64,000 nucleotides of DNA from Terriglobia bacterium. GTDB taxonomy: Bacteria > Acidobacteriota > Terriglobia > Versatilivoradales > Versatilivoraceae. The position numbers were made by a program, and so were the translations under genes. The stretch is taken from positions 1,008,480-1,072,479 of the forward strand of contig OY760650.2 of the NCBI GenBank assembly GCA_963663845.2, read 5' to 3'. The notes under the pieces are model-generated. The model ran no database searches, was not told the DNA's origin, and worked only from the letters and a program-made list of their open reading frames with translations. Below, piece by piece: positions 1 to 9,503 of this stretch. The first letter of the stretch is position 1. Every line of letters begins with the position of its first letter.

Positions 1-59
1 TCAAGTACTTCTTCGGTCCGGCCATCATCCTCTTGTTGCTCAAGATCGCGTTCTTCTGA
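1..59 (+). CDS. 3' end of a probable membrane protein (partial)
   Basis: Frame from nt 3 reads KYFFGPAIILLLLKIAFF then TGA at 57-59; hydrophobic C-terminus. Confidence 0.45.
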   Translation, partial: KYFFGPAIILLLLKIAFF

Positions 60-124
60 TGAGGCTCCAGCCGGTCGAATCCAACACAACAGAGCCCCTG
101 TAAGCGTTTTGGGGTAACCTCCCC

Positions 125-1033
125 ATGCTGCTCCTCTCCTGGAACGTCCGCTTTCAATCGCTGCCCGGCCAACTCCCAAACGTTGTCGAGGCCATCCGAT
201 CGGCAAGCCCGGACGTCGTGACCTTGCAGGAGGTAAAGACCAGCCTGGCGGAAGACGTGGCGCGCCGCCTCGCCCACATCGGACTTGTCCATGCCCACTG
301 CAGCGGCAAGGACGCCCCGCCCACGGCCATGAGCAAGTTGCGTCCGACCCGAAGGTTGAAGCGGAAAGGCTACCAGTGCCTGATCGCCAGCCGCTGGCCG
401 GTAGCGGCTGCCGGCAACCGCTGGCGCCGTCGCGCACCCTTCCCGGAGTTGCTGGCGCGGGCCGCGGTCTCCCTGCCCGACGAGCAGAAAATCGACCTTT
501 TCACCGCCCACATCCCCAACGGCTCCGGCAATGGCTGGAGGAAAATCGACACCTTCAACGTACTGTCGGCAACGCTGCGCCGGGCGCCCGACTCGCCCCG
601 CATCCTCACCGGCGACTTCAACGAGCCCAAGCGCTTCCGGCAATCGGGACAGATCGTTCCCTTCGGACAGAAGATTTACGCGGATGGAGGCACGTCCATC
701 CGGGGCTGGAAAACCCAATTCAAAGAACGGCGCCGGAACAGGGAGCGGGTCAACGGCGTGCGTTCGGTCCTCGATGGCGCGTCCCAGCACGGTCTGCGCG
801 ACGCCTATCGCGACCGTCACGGCGTGGAAACAGCCACGCCCGTTACCCACCGCACCACACACGACAACCCGAGATGCTTCGACCACACCTTCGTCTCCAG
901 GCACTTCGAGGTTGCGGACTGCGGCTACTACCACGAGTGGCGCAAGCAGGGGTGGAGCGATCACTCGGCCATGTGGACCCGGCTCAGCTTTCGCGAGGAG
1001 ATCCCGGAATTGGTCAAATGGGAGGTGGAATGA
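125..1033 (+). CDS. Endonuclease/exonuclease/phosphatase (EEP) family protein
   Basis: SWNV, DVVTLQEV, ILTGDFN, FDH and C-terminal SDH motifs. Confidence 0.85.
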   Translation: MLLLSWNVRFQSLPGQLPNVVEAIRSASPDVVTLQEVKTSLAEDVARRLAHIGLVHAHCSGKDAPPTAMSKLRPTRRLKRKGYQCLIASRWPVAAAGNRWRRRAPFPELLARAAVSLPDEQKIDLFTAHIPNGSGNGWRKIDTFNVLSATLRRAPDSPRILTGDFNEPKRFRQSGQIVPFGQKIYADGGTSIRGWKTQFKERRRNRERVNGVRSVLDGASQHGLRDAYRDRHGVETATPVTHRTTHDNPRCFDHTFVSRHFEVADCGYYHEWRKQGWSDHSAMWTRLSFREEIPELVKWEVE

Positions 1034-1043
1034 CCTGCAGGCA

Positions 1044-2183
1044 TCAACCCCACTCCACCCGGAAGCGGCAGGCCCGGACGTGGGTGATGCCGTCCAGGGT
1101 GGCGTAGTAGGTCATCAGAAGGCTGCCGTCGCTCAAGAGCACCAGGTCGGGCGTGCCGAAGGTGAAGCGGTCCAGGGCTTCCCAGATCCCTCCCGCATCC
1201 GCGGCAGCATCCTTCGCCGGGACCACCGGCTCTCCCACCATGCGGTTCCCGACAGGATCCCACATCTGAATGGGCCCCAGGCCGTCCCAGTTTTCCCCGC
1301 CGTCCCGCGATCCCCAAAGGCGAATACCCTCCGGCGGCAGGCGATAGTTGGTGGCCGCCACCACCGAGCCGTCGGGAAGCACCAGCGGCGCCGTCACCTG
1401 GCCCACGAAGCCGATATTCTCGGGCGCCGTCCAGGTCTCTCCTCCATCCGAGGACCAGGATCGCCGGACCTCGATGGTCTCCTCGGTGTCCTCGCGAAAG
1501 GTCCAGATCAGCGCCAGCACCCGTCCGTCGGGCAGGAGGTCGTAGCGGGCGTCGCAGAGGTTCAGCTCTCCCGAGTGGTCGGCCGCCACCACCACGGAGG
1601 GCTCGAAGGTCTGGCCGTGGTCCCGCGAGAAGATCATGGCCGACCCGTTGGGCCCGGTGGGAGCCAGCTTGTACTCCAGGGGTATGCAGACCTTGCCATC
1701 GGCCAGCGGGAAGGGCCGGGAGGTGACTCCCGCGGTGGGCAAGGTCGGATGGGGAACCGGCCGGGGTTCCGACCAGCTTTGCCCGCCGTCGGCGCTGCGC
1801 GTCACCAGCAGCGGATGCGGCAGGGCCCTCCCCTCCTGGCTGAACATGTAGACTCCCGGCCTCAATCCCTCGATGGCCCCGAAAATCACCAGCAAATGCC
1901 CATCGGCGGTCTGGCACAGGCCGGGCGAGACCAGGGTGGTGGGAGGGGTGCGCCTGAGGCCGTCGAACACCACCCGCGGAGCCGACCAGGTCTCGCCCAG
2001 GTCCTGGGAGGTCTGCATCAGCAGCAGGCTGTCGACGCTGTGCTTGCTCGATCCCTGCCGGTAGACGCAGCAGAGGGACCCGTCCTTGAGGTGGATGGAG
2101 AGCGGATAGGCGCAGGCGCTGCCGCCGTCGCCCGCGGCCAGGTTGGGGGAAACCGCCCGATCGGAAAGAATGTCGACCTTCAT
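1044..2183 (-). CDS. BNR/Asp-box beta-propeller (sialidase-like)
   Basis: Five Asp boxes: SQDLGETW, SADGGQSW, SRDHGQTF, SSDGGETW, SRDGGENW. Confidence 0.85.
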   Translation of the reverse strand: MKVDILSDRAVSPNLAAGDGGSACAYPLSIHLKDGSLCCVYRQGSSKHSVDSLLLMQTSQDLGETWSAPRVVFDGLRRTPPTTLVSPGLCQTADGHLLVIFGAIEGLRPGVYMFSQEGRALPHPLLVTRSADGGQSWSEPRPVPHPTLPTAGVTSRPFPLADGKVCIPLEYKLAPTGPNGSAMIFSRDHGQTFEPSVVVAADHSGELNLCDARYDLLPDGRVLALIWTFREDTEETIEVRRSWSSDGGETWTAPENIGFVGQVTAPLVLPDGSVVAATNYRLPPEGIRLWGSRDGGENWDGLGPIQMWDPVGNRMVGEPVVPAKDAAADAGGIWEALDRFTFGTPDLVLLSDGSLLMTYYATLDGITHVRACRFRVEWG

Positions 2184-2209
2184 GGATGGAACCTCCGAAT
2201 CACAGTGTT

Positions 2210-3961
2210 TCAGGCGGATGTCAGGCTGCCGTCGGGCCTCACCCTCATATAGTGGCCGCGAATGCGGGTCGGCGTGCGGTAGGCCTCATGGAAGACCACC
2301 AGCACCCGCCCGTCCTTCATCTCGGTCATCCCCATCATCCCCGAACAAGGGGAGATGCGGGTTTCCCGAGACCAGCTCAGCCCCTCGTCGATACTGGTCT
2401 TCATGAAGATGCCGGAACCCCGGCTGCCCATGATCAGCACCCCCGAGCTGTGACGCAGCAACTGGGGGCACTCGCCGGTGCAGTCGGACGGCACCTGCCG
2501 GGACCAGGTGAGGCCCTTGTCCCTGGAGCGGCTCATCCACATGAAGGGAGCCCGTAGCGTGCGGGAGAAGGCCACGATGCTGCCGTCACCGCATTCCACC
2601 CCCATGCACTCGTTGCTGTCGAAGTTGTCGGGGTCGAGGTAGTAGGGGCCGGTCCAGGTCCGGCCGTCGTCGGTGGAGCGAATGGCCAGCGAGCGGTCGC
2701 GCCGCTCGGCGTTCGACTCCACGCTTCCCCCCGCCACCGTCTGCACGTGGTAGTAGAACTGAAGCAGGGTGCCGTCCGAGTAGCGGGTGACGGGCGAGTA
2801 GGGGCCGATCTTCCCTTCCCTGGCCGCGGCTTGCAGCGGTTTTCCACTCACCACCAAGGGCCGGGCTCGAGTCCAGGTTCGTCCCCCGTCCTCCGAGAAG
2901 GCCGCCTTGGGGCCGGCAACTTCCGAATCCCATGCGTAAGTGTAGAGGCAGGACAGGCGGCCGTCCCGATGCCCGAAGAAAAAGCCCGGCCTGCCGCCGT
3001 CGGACAACTTCCTGACCAGGACCGGCTCCCCCCAGCTCCGGCCCTCGTCCCGCGAGCGGACCAGCAGGAAGTCGTTGAAGTCGTGAGGGCCCCCGTTAAC
3101 GCTCATCCACACCAGCAGGTCGCCTTCGGCCGTCCGGCAGACTCCGGGATAGGTCTGGTTGTCGCCGTAAACCTTGTCCGGGTCCGGATAGGGATGGAAG
3201 TAGCGGGGATGCTCCTCGCCGGAGGCACTCCAGGGGGCGTCCAGGCGGGCTCTCCTTCCCCGTAGAGACAACCGGCGCATCTTGACCGGCCCCCGAGCCA
3301 TCACCCCCGCCCGACCTGCCCGGTAGGCGCCGTCCCGAGCCTCCAGCACCCGCTTCCCGTCCACCGAGACCTGAATCTGATCCCCCACGGCCTGGACACG
3401 AGCCTTCATCCAGCCGGGCGTCGCCTCTTCCCACTCTTCGGGCCGGGGCCCACGCTGCACCCAACGCTCGGGCAGCTCGGGGTGGGGCGCGAAACCGACG
3501 GCAATGTCCCGCCGGTAGCCGGAACCGTCCTGGACAAAGAGGCGCACTGCATACTTCGCTCCCTTTCGCCCCATGTCGTCGAACTCGACGCAATAGAACC
3601 GGCGGTCGTCCTGGGCCCGCAAGACGATCGACAGGTTGGTCACCGACCAGTAGAAGGTCTGAAATTCCAGGCCGATCTCGGTATCGGTCAGCACCTCCCG
3701 GCTGGGATAGGCAAAGTCCTCCCGTTTCAGCAGATCGCTGAAGCGGGCCTTCCTCTGGTTCCAGACGGGTGAGTACAAGACCCCCTGGCCATCCTGAGAC
3801 CACTCCTCGCTACCGACGAAGGTCCAGGAACTGCGGTCGCGATCAAGCCGCGGCTCAACCGACACCTCCTCCGGCGAGAACCCGACGCAGCCGCCCAATC
3901 CGCTCAGGACGATGGCCCCCTTGATGAAATCCCTTCTCGGCAATTTGTCACCGCTCGACAT
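2210..3961 (-). CDS. Tat lipoprotein with N-terminal beta-sandwich (DUF1080-like) domain and C-terminal Asp-box sialidase-like propeller
   Basis: MSSGDKLPRRDFIKG...LGGC signal; Asp boxes SRDEGRSW, SEDGGRTW, STDDGRTW, SRDKGLTW, SIDEGLSW. Confidence 0.8.
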   Translation of the reverse strand: MSSGDKLPRRDFIKGAIVLSGLGGCVGFSPEEVSVEPRLDRDRSSWTFVGSEEWSQDGQGVLYSPVWNQRKARFSDLLKREDFAYPSREVLTDTEIGLEFQTFYWSVTNLSIVLRAQDDRRFYCVEFDDMGRKGAKYAVRLFVQDGSGYRRDIAVGFAPHPELPERWVQRGPRPEEWEEATPGWMKARVQAVGDQIQVSVDGKRVLEARDGAYRAGRAGVMARGPVKMRRLSLRGRRARLDAPWSASGEEHPRYFHPYPDPDKVYGDNQTYPGVCRTAEGDLLVWMSVNGGPHDFNDFLLVRSRDEGRSWGEPVLVRKLSDGGRPGFFFGHRDGRLSCLYTYAWDSEVAGPKAAFSEDGGRTWTRARPLVVSGKPLQAAAREGKIGPYSPVTRYSDGTLLQFYYHVQTVAGGSVESNAERRDRSLAIRSTDDGRTWTGPYYLDPDNFDSNECMGVECGDGSIVAFSRTLRAPFMWMSRSRDKGLTWSRQVPSDCTGECPQLLRHSSGVLIMGSRGSGIFMKTSIDEGLSWSRETRISPCSGMMGMTEMKDGRVLVVFHEAYRTPTRIRGHYMRVRPDGSLTSA

Positions 3962-4139
3962 GGAATACCTCCTCTGGAACACGCCAACGCCGCGCCCCCG
4001 TCTCCCGCTCATGACCATCCGCTGCCGCCGCGTTCGCGGTTCAACCCCCCTATGTGACGTTTCCCGACGGCTCCCCCCGGGCTCTTGCCCGGGGCACTAA
4101 CTAAAACAAAAAGCCCGTTTCCCCTTGCAGACTTGTGGG

Positions 4140-4328
4140 TCAGGTGAGAGCTGCGTAGCTGCGGTTGACGTGGGTTACCCGGTGAGAGGCCACCTACTGG
4201 CCATCCTTATGGAGCTGCGTAGCAGCGGCTCAGGGTAGCCCCGCGTGACAACCCGGGGTCGTATGGATTCTGCGCCAACCCAGCCGCGTATGCGGCGAAT
4301 AGCAAGCACCCGTTCGAAAACCCATTGC
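4140..4328 (+). repeat. ~190-bp REP-like multi-hairpin element, family A copy 1
   Basis: Aligns end to end with the reverse complement of 28401-28587; contains GCTGCGTAGC(T/A)GCGG units and a CCCC...GGGG hairpin. Confidence 0.85.
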
Positions 4329-4359
4329 TTTCCCAAAGAAACGCCGCCCAACACCACAA

Positions 4360-5409
4360 TCACCCGCCGTCGCCGCCTACGCCTCCCTTCCCCACCGTTC
4401 CCTCCAATACCAGGACATCCACCGCCCGGTCCTCCAGCCTGATCTGCCCCGGCAGCCGGGCCAGGGGCTTGAGGCCGAATCGGCGGAAGCGTTCCTGCTT
4501 GCTCTCGTCCGAAGCGGCCACGTAGGCCTGGAGGCGCTCGACGCCGCGCCCGGCGGCTTCCGACATCAGCCATTGGGTCAGAGAGTCCGACCCGTCGTCA
4601 TAGTTGTCGTGGCTGCAGACGTCGATGACCGCCTTGTGCCGCCGGCATTCACCGGGCTCGGGGGTGATGGAGCCGAAGCCCAGCACCCGGTGGGGCGACT
4701 CACCCGCCAGGACGCCCAGCACCCCGCCGCCCGTCCCCGCCTCTTGGTGGACCGCCGGAAAGTTGGACACGCACCGCTGCAACTTGACGTACTTTCCCGA
4801 AAGGAGGGCCCGCGGATAGTCCAGCACCAGCGTATCCCAGGGCTGAACCACGAAGCAGGCGAAGGCGGGCAGGTCCCCCCAATTGGCCTCGCGAACCGAG
4901 GTGGCCTGACCCGGTGCGAAAAAGTCCTCCTCGCACCCCGGCGAATCCTCCCGCGCCAGCCGCATGACGCCTCCGTTCCACCAGCGGAACCCGCAGCGCA
5001 GATAGACGTTCCTGGGGTCCCGGGTGGCTCCCAGGTAGGACACCCTGCAGCCGGCCCGGAAGGAGAGACCCACCACGGCGGAAGTCAGGGATTCGGCCAC
5101 TCCCAGGCGGCGGCAGTCCGGGTGGGTCAGGACCGATCCGACCACCGAGACTTCCGGTTCCCGGCAGGGGTAGCAGACCGAGGCCGTCCCCGCCGGACGG
5201 CCCTCGATGGTTCCCAGAACCGCCTGGATTCTGAGATGCCGGCTGTAGTCGCCGTTCATGGACCGCAGCCAGTCGTAGTCCCCCCCGGTCCACTCGGTCC
5301 GCCACAGGCCGATGAGCGCGTTTTGCCGTGCGAAGTCGATGGGGAAGGTCAGGACCTCGATCTCGAGGGTGCGCCCGTCTCGCAGCAAAATGGCATTGGT
5401 TTCTTTCAT
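4360..5409 (-). CDS. Tandem-domain GNAT N-acetyltransferase
   Basis: VLTHPDCRRLGVA acetyl-CoA motif A; second GNAT-like half (RFGLKPLARLPGQIRL); GGAGG RBS. Confidence 0.75.
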   Translation of the reverse strand: MKETNAILLRDGRTLEIEVLTFPIDFARQNALIGLWRTEWTGGDYDWLRSMNGDYSRHLRIQAVLGTIEGRPAGTASVCYPCREPEVSVVGSVLTHPDCRRLGVAESLTSAVVGLSFRAGCRVSYLGATRDPRNVYLRCGFRWWNGGVMRLAREDSPGCEEDFFAPGQATSVREANWGDLPAFACFVVQPWDTLVLDYPRALLSGKYVKLQRCVSNFPAVHQEAGTGGGVLGVLAGESPHRVLGFGSITPEPGECRRHKAVIDVCSHDNYDDGSDSLTQWLMSEAAGRGVERLQAYVAASDESKQERFRRFGLKPLARLPGQIRLEDRAVDVLVLEGTVGKGGVGGDGG

Positions 5410-5433
5410 GAGCACCTCCGCAAACCGGGCGGT

Positions 5434-6906
5434 TCAACCGCCGGCCCGCGCCTCCAGTTGTTCCGCAAAGGGATCCCCAGTGCGCCGCGACCAGGCCAGC
5501 AAGGCCGCCCTGAGCGTGGCCGCCGTTGCTGAGCTTTCGGGACGGCCCGCCAGGTTGGCCAACTCGCCGGGATCATCCCCCAAGTGGTAGAGCTCGGTCT
5601 CCCCATTCTCATGCAGGACGTACTTCCAGGGCCGGCGCACCATGGCCCGCCAGTTCTCCACCCCGTGCCAATCGGCGAAGTTGCGAGCCACGTTGTATTG
5701 CACGAAGCAGTCGCGGGCCTTGGGCTCGGGTTCGGCGCCCGTCATGTAGGGAACCAGGCTCTCTCCTTCCAGACCCAGGGACTCGACCTCGACGCCGGCC
5801 AGGGCCATCAGCGTGGCGGCCACGTCCACGTGGCTGGCGTCCACCCGGCAGCGTGCGCCCGGCTGGAAGGCCGCCGGCCAGCGCAGGACCCAAGGAACCC
5901 GGACCGCTTCCTCGTAGGGACAGAACTTCTGCCACAGCCCGTGCTGCCCCATCATCTCGGCGTGGTCGGAGAGCATCACCAGCAGGGTATCGTCCAGCAG
6001 ATCGCATTCCTCCAGACGCTGCACGAACCGGCCGAAGAGCCAGTCGATGTAGGTGGCGTAGCCCCAGTAGACGGCAATGGACTTGCGCCAGGCCGAAAAG
6101 TCTTCCCCCCACTCGTTTCTCAAGCGGCGGTAGTAGCTCCCCTCCAGGAATCCGGGCTCGCCCGGGCCCGGATCCCAGTTCTCCGGTTCGGGAATGGCCT
6201 CGGGATCGTAGAGGTGGTACCAGGCCTCGGGAACCACCAGGGGAGGATGGGGGCCCTCCAGGCTGATCACCAGGAAAAAGGGCCTGTCGGGGTCGCGCAG
6301 GCCGAACATCTCGAATCCGTGTCCCAGGATCCAGCGGTTGTGCTCCTTGTCGGCGGGGATGTCCAGGATTCCGGTCCGGGGCACCGTCATTCGCGGATAG
6401 TGGGCCGAACGATAGGGTCCGCTGCGCTCGTCGTCGTGAAAGATGAAGCCGTCGGGGACTCCCTGCCAGCGACACCACTCGGCGTAGGACCGCTCCCCGT
6501 TGTCGCAGGCGCTGACCCAATCGAACCAGCGCTGAACGTTGCGGGTCCCCAGGTGCCATTTGCCGGCGTAGAGGCACTGGTACCCTTCCTTGCGCAAATA
6601 GTGGGAGATCGGCGGCCGGGTGATCTCCATGTCGGGATACTCGTCCTCTTCTCCCACCCGAAGCGCCCCCAGGTAGGGCAGATGGGGCATGCCGGCCTGG
6701 TGGGGCTGGAACCCGGTGAAGAAGGAAGCGCGGGCCGGAGAGCAGATGGGGCTGGTTGTCCGCAGGTTCTCCACCAGGACCCCTTCCCGGGCCACGCGGT
6801 CCCAGGTGGGGGTTCGACAGGCCGTCCTGCCAAGGATTCCAAGCGTATCCAGCCGCTGATTGTCGCTGATCAGCAGGACGATATTGGGCTTGGAGGGCGT
6901 GCTCAT
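5434..6906 (-). CDS. Formylglycine-dependent sulfatase
   Basis: KPNIVLLISD, CSPAR (CxPxR), GKWHLG, SDH, ELYHL motifs. Confidence 0.92.
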   Translation of the reverse strand: MSTPSKPNIVLLISDNQRLDTLGILGRTACRTPTWDRVAREGVLVENLRTTSPICSPARASFFTGFQPHQAGMPHLPYLGALRVGEEDEYPDMEITRPPISHYLRKEGYQCLYAGKWHLGTRNVQRWFDWVSACDNGERSYAEWCRWQGVPDGFIFHDDERSGPYRSAHYPRMTVPRTGILDIPADKEHNRWILGHGFEMFGLRDPDRPFFLVISLEGPHPPLVVPEAWYHLYDPEAIPEPENWDPGPGEPGFLEGSYYRRLRNEWGEDFSAWRKSIAVYWGYATYIDWLFGRFVQRLEECDLLDDTLLVMLSDHAEMMGQHGLWQKFCPYEEAVRVPWVLRWPAAFQPGARCRVDASHVDVAATLMALAGVEVESLGLEGESLVPYMTGAEPEPKARDCFVQYNVARNFADWHGVENWRAMVRRPWKYVLHENGETELYHLGDDPGELANLAGRPESSATAATLRAALLAWSRRTGDPFAEQLEARAGG

Positions 6907-7319
6907 GGCGTTGACTGGCCGTGGGGAAAGGCCCCGGCTCCGGCGTTCCCGCGGGACCGGCAACTGCAAGAAAGGGAGACATTATAGGCCGCCGGCAGAG
7001 GCGATCACAAGGAAGGAGCGGTCCAAGACTTGAGACGGCAGAGCTCGCCTGTGCTAAGCTTCCCTCCCGAATCGAAGCCGGCGTCGACCGGCCCGGATCT
7101 CTCCGGATCTTACAAGTTCCAACCCCGCGAGCACTCCCGTGGCCCAGACCTCCCGCAGGCGGTTCCTGTCTCAGTTGGCGACCGCACAGGGCCAGGTGGC
7201 GGCCGAGGACCGACCCCGGATCGAGGCCATCGTGCGGCGCCACGCGGAGAGCTGAGGAACGCCCCACCGGTGGCGTTCCAGGCCGGACCCTACCGAGGTC
7301 CGCAAAAAGGGGAGACCCC

Positions 7320-7982
7320 ATGCCTAGCCCCGAACTGAGCCAGCGCCTGGCGAACCTCTCTACGGCCCTTCTGGCCGACGCCCGCGTCCGGCTGAAGCTT
7401 CCAGAACGCCACCTCGACCCCGGCATCCGTCCGGTGGTCCCCTTCACCGCCATGGTCGGGACGGCCGTCACCGTGGAGCTGGAGGCGGTCGAAGACGAGG
7501 CCGCGGCCGACCTGACCCCGCTGCTGGACGCCTACCAGGCCCAGAGCCGGCCGGGCTCCATCATCGTCATTCAGATCCCCCGGGAGCTGCACGGCCACGG
7601 CATCTTCGGAGAAGGGGCCGCCACCCTGGCAAGAAGGCACGGCTTTGCCGGGGCCTTGATCGAGGGAGCGGTTCGGGACACCCCCGATCTGGCCAGGATG
7701 GAATTTCCGGCCTGGTCGCGGACGGTGGCGCCGGGCTACATCGTGGGCAAGTCCAGGGTGGCCGCCGCCGGCCGGCAGGTTCAAATCGGCGGGCGCACCA
7801 TTCACCCGGGGGACATCATCGCCGCCGACAACGACGGCGTCATCGTGATCCGGCCCGACGAGCTGGAAGCGGTGATCGCCAAGGCCGAAGCCATCAAGGA
7901 GTGGGAGCAGCGGGTCCACCAGGCCTCCAGCGACGGGGCCGACTACCAGGAGGTCCTTCGCCGTGCAGGCCCGATGCCCTGA
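7320..7982 (+). CDS. RraA/HMG-aldolase family protein
   Basis: MVGTAVTV, GAVRD, GDIIAADNDGVIVI. Confidence 0.85.
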   Translation: MPSPELSQRLANLSTALLADARVRLKLPERHLDPGIRPVVPFTAMVGTAVTVELEAVEDEAAADLTPLLDAYQAQSRPGSIIVIQIPRELHGHGIFGEGAATLARRHGFAGALIEGAVRDTPDLARMEFPAWSRTVAPGYIVGKSRVAAAGRQVQIGGRTIHPGDIIAADNDGVIVIRPDELEAVIAKAEAIKEWEQRVHQASSDGADYQEVLRRAGPMP

Positions 7983-8066
7983 GGAGCCCCGAAGCCCGGG
8001 CGTTCCGGGACCGCCCCCGATTCCCACTCGCACTCAGGCGCCGGAAGGCGCCCGCGGAGCTTGTCG

Positions 8067-9503
8067 ATGCCCAATAGAGACATCTGTTTCCTGACCGCGA
8101 CCGAGCTGAGCCGGCTGGTCCGGGCCCGGGAGCTATCCGCCGCCGAGGTGCTGCAAGCCCACCTCGACCAGATCGACCGTCTCAATCCCAAGGTCAACGC
8201 CATCGTGACCCTGGTGGCGGACCGGGCCAGGGAGCAGGCCTGCGCCGCCGACCGGGCTCTGGCGGCCGGCAATGAAGTCGGACCCCTCCACGGCCTTCCC
8301 ATCGCCCACAAGGACCTGGTGTGGACCCGGGGGATCCGCACCACCTTCGGCACCCTGGCCTGCAAGGATTTCGTGCCCGCCCGGGACGCGCTCATCGTGG
8401 AACGCCTCAAGCAGGCCGGGGCCGTCACCATCGGCAAGACCAACACTCCCGAATTCGGCGCCGGGTCCCAGACCTTCAACCCGGTCTTCGGAGAGACCCG
8501 CAACCCCTATGACACCTCCAAGACCTGCGGCGGCAGCAGCGGCGGCGCCGCGGTGGCCCTGGCCTGCGGCATGCAACCCCTGGCCGACGGGAGCGACACC
8601 GGCGGGTCGCTCCGCAACCCGGCCAACTTCTGCAACGTGGTGGGACTGCGCCCCTCGCCGGGCCGGGTCCCGACCTGGCCCAGCCAGGCGGGCTGGTACA
8701 CCATCGGCGTTCAAGGCCCCATGGCCCGGACCGTCGGGGACGCCGCCCTGATGCTCAGCGCCATCGCCGGCCCCGACCGGCGCTCGCCCATCTCCATCGC
8801 CGAACCGGGAAGCCGCTTCGCCGCCCCTCTCGGACGCGATTTCAAGGAGTGCCGCATTGCCTGGAGCCCCACCCTGGGCGGGTTGCCGGTCGATCGGCGG
8901 GTCACCCGGGTCCTCGAAGGCCAGCGGCAGGTCTTCCAGTCCCTGGGATGCCGGCTGGAGGAACGAACGCCCGATCTCAAGGATGCCGAGGCCGTCTTCC
9001 GGGCCTGGCGGGCCTGGCGCTTCGAGCTGACGCTTTCGGCCCTGAACCCCGAGCAGCAGTCCCAACTCAAGGACACCCTGAAGCAGGAAATCGAGGCCGC
9101 CGGGAAGCTGAGCGGCATCGATCTCTCCAGGGCCGAGCTCCGGAGGACCCAGCTCTACCATCGGGTCCGGGAGTTCATGGAGACCTGCGAGTTCCTGATC
9201 TGTCCCGTCAACCAGGTCCCCCCTTTCGACGTCACGCAGCCCTGGGTGGAGGAGATCAACGGCGTCAGGATGAAGACCTATATCGACTGGATGCAGTCCT
9301 GCTGGACCATCTCGGTGCTGGGCCTGCCGGCCATCTCGGTGCCGGCCGGCTTCACCCCGGAAGGGCTCCCGGTGGGTATCCAGATCGTGGGCCGCCACCA
9401 GGACGATTGGGGGGTGCTGCAGCTCGCCCACGCCTACGAGCAGGCCACCGGCTTCTGGAAGCGCCGGCCGCCGCTGTGTTCGGCAGGTAGTGAAGAGGTC
9501 TAA
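8067..9503 (+). CDS. Amidase-signature family amidase
   Basis: HKD, GKTNTPEF, GGSSGG, GSDTGGSLRNPA. Confidence 0.92.
   Translation: MPNRDICFLTATELSRLVRARELSAAEVLQAHLDQIDRLNPKVNAIVTLVADRAREQACAADRALAAGNEVGPLHGLPIAHKDLVWTRGIRTTFGTLACKDFVPARDALIVERLKQAGAVTIGKTNTPEFGAGSQTFNPVFGETRNPYDTSKTCGGSSGGAAVALACGMQPLADGSDTGGSLRNPANFCNVVGLRPSPGRVPTWPSQAGWYTIGVQGPMARTVGDAALMLSAIAGPDRRSPISIAEPGSRFAAPLGRDFKECRIAWSPTLGGLPVDRRVTRVLEGQRQVFQSLGCRLEERTPDLKDAEAVFRAWRAWRFELTLSALNPEQQSQLKDTLKQEIEAAGKLSGIDLSRAELRRTQLYHRVREFMETCEFLICPVNQVPPFDVTQPWVEEINGVRMKTYIDWMQSCWTISVLGLPAISVPAGFTPEGLPVGIQIVGRHQDDWGVLQLAHAYEQATGFWKRRPPLCSAGSEEV

Noticed and set aside
6907-7319. Long divergent intergenic regions (also 17717-18121 and 41408-41831) as riboswitch or ncRNA
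   Set aside because: I recognised no conserved riboswitch or tRNA motif by eye; an Rfam/Infernal scan would be needed to exclude one.
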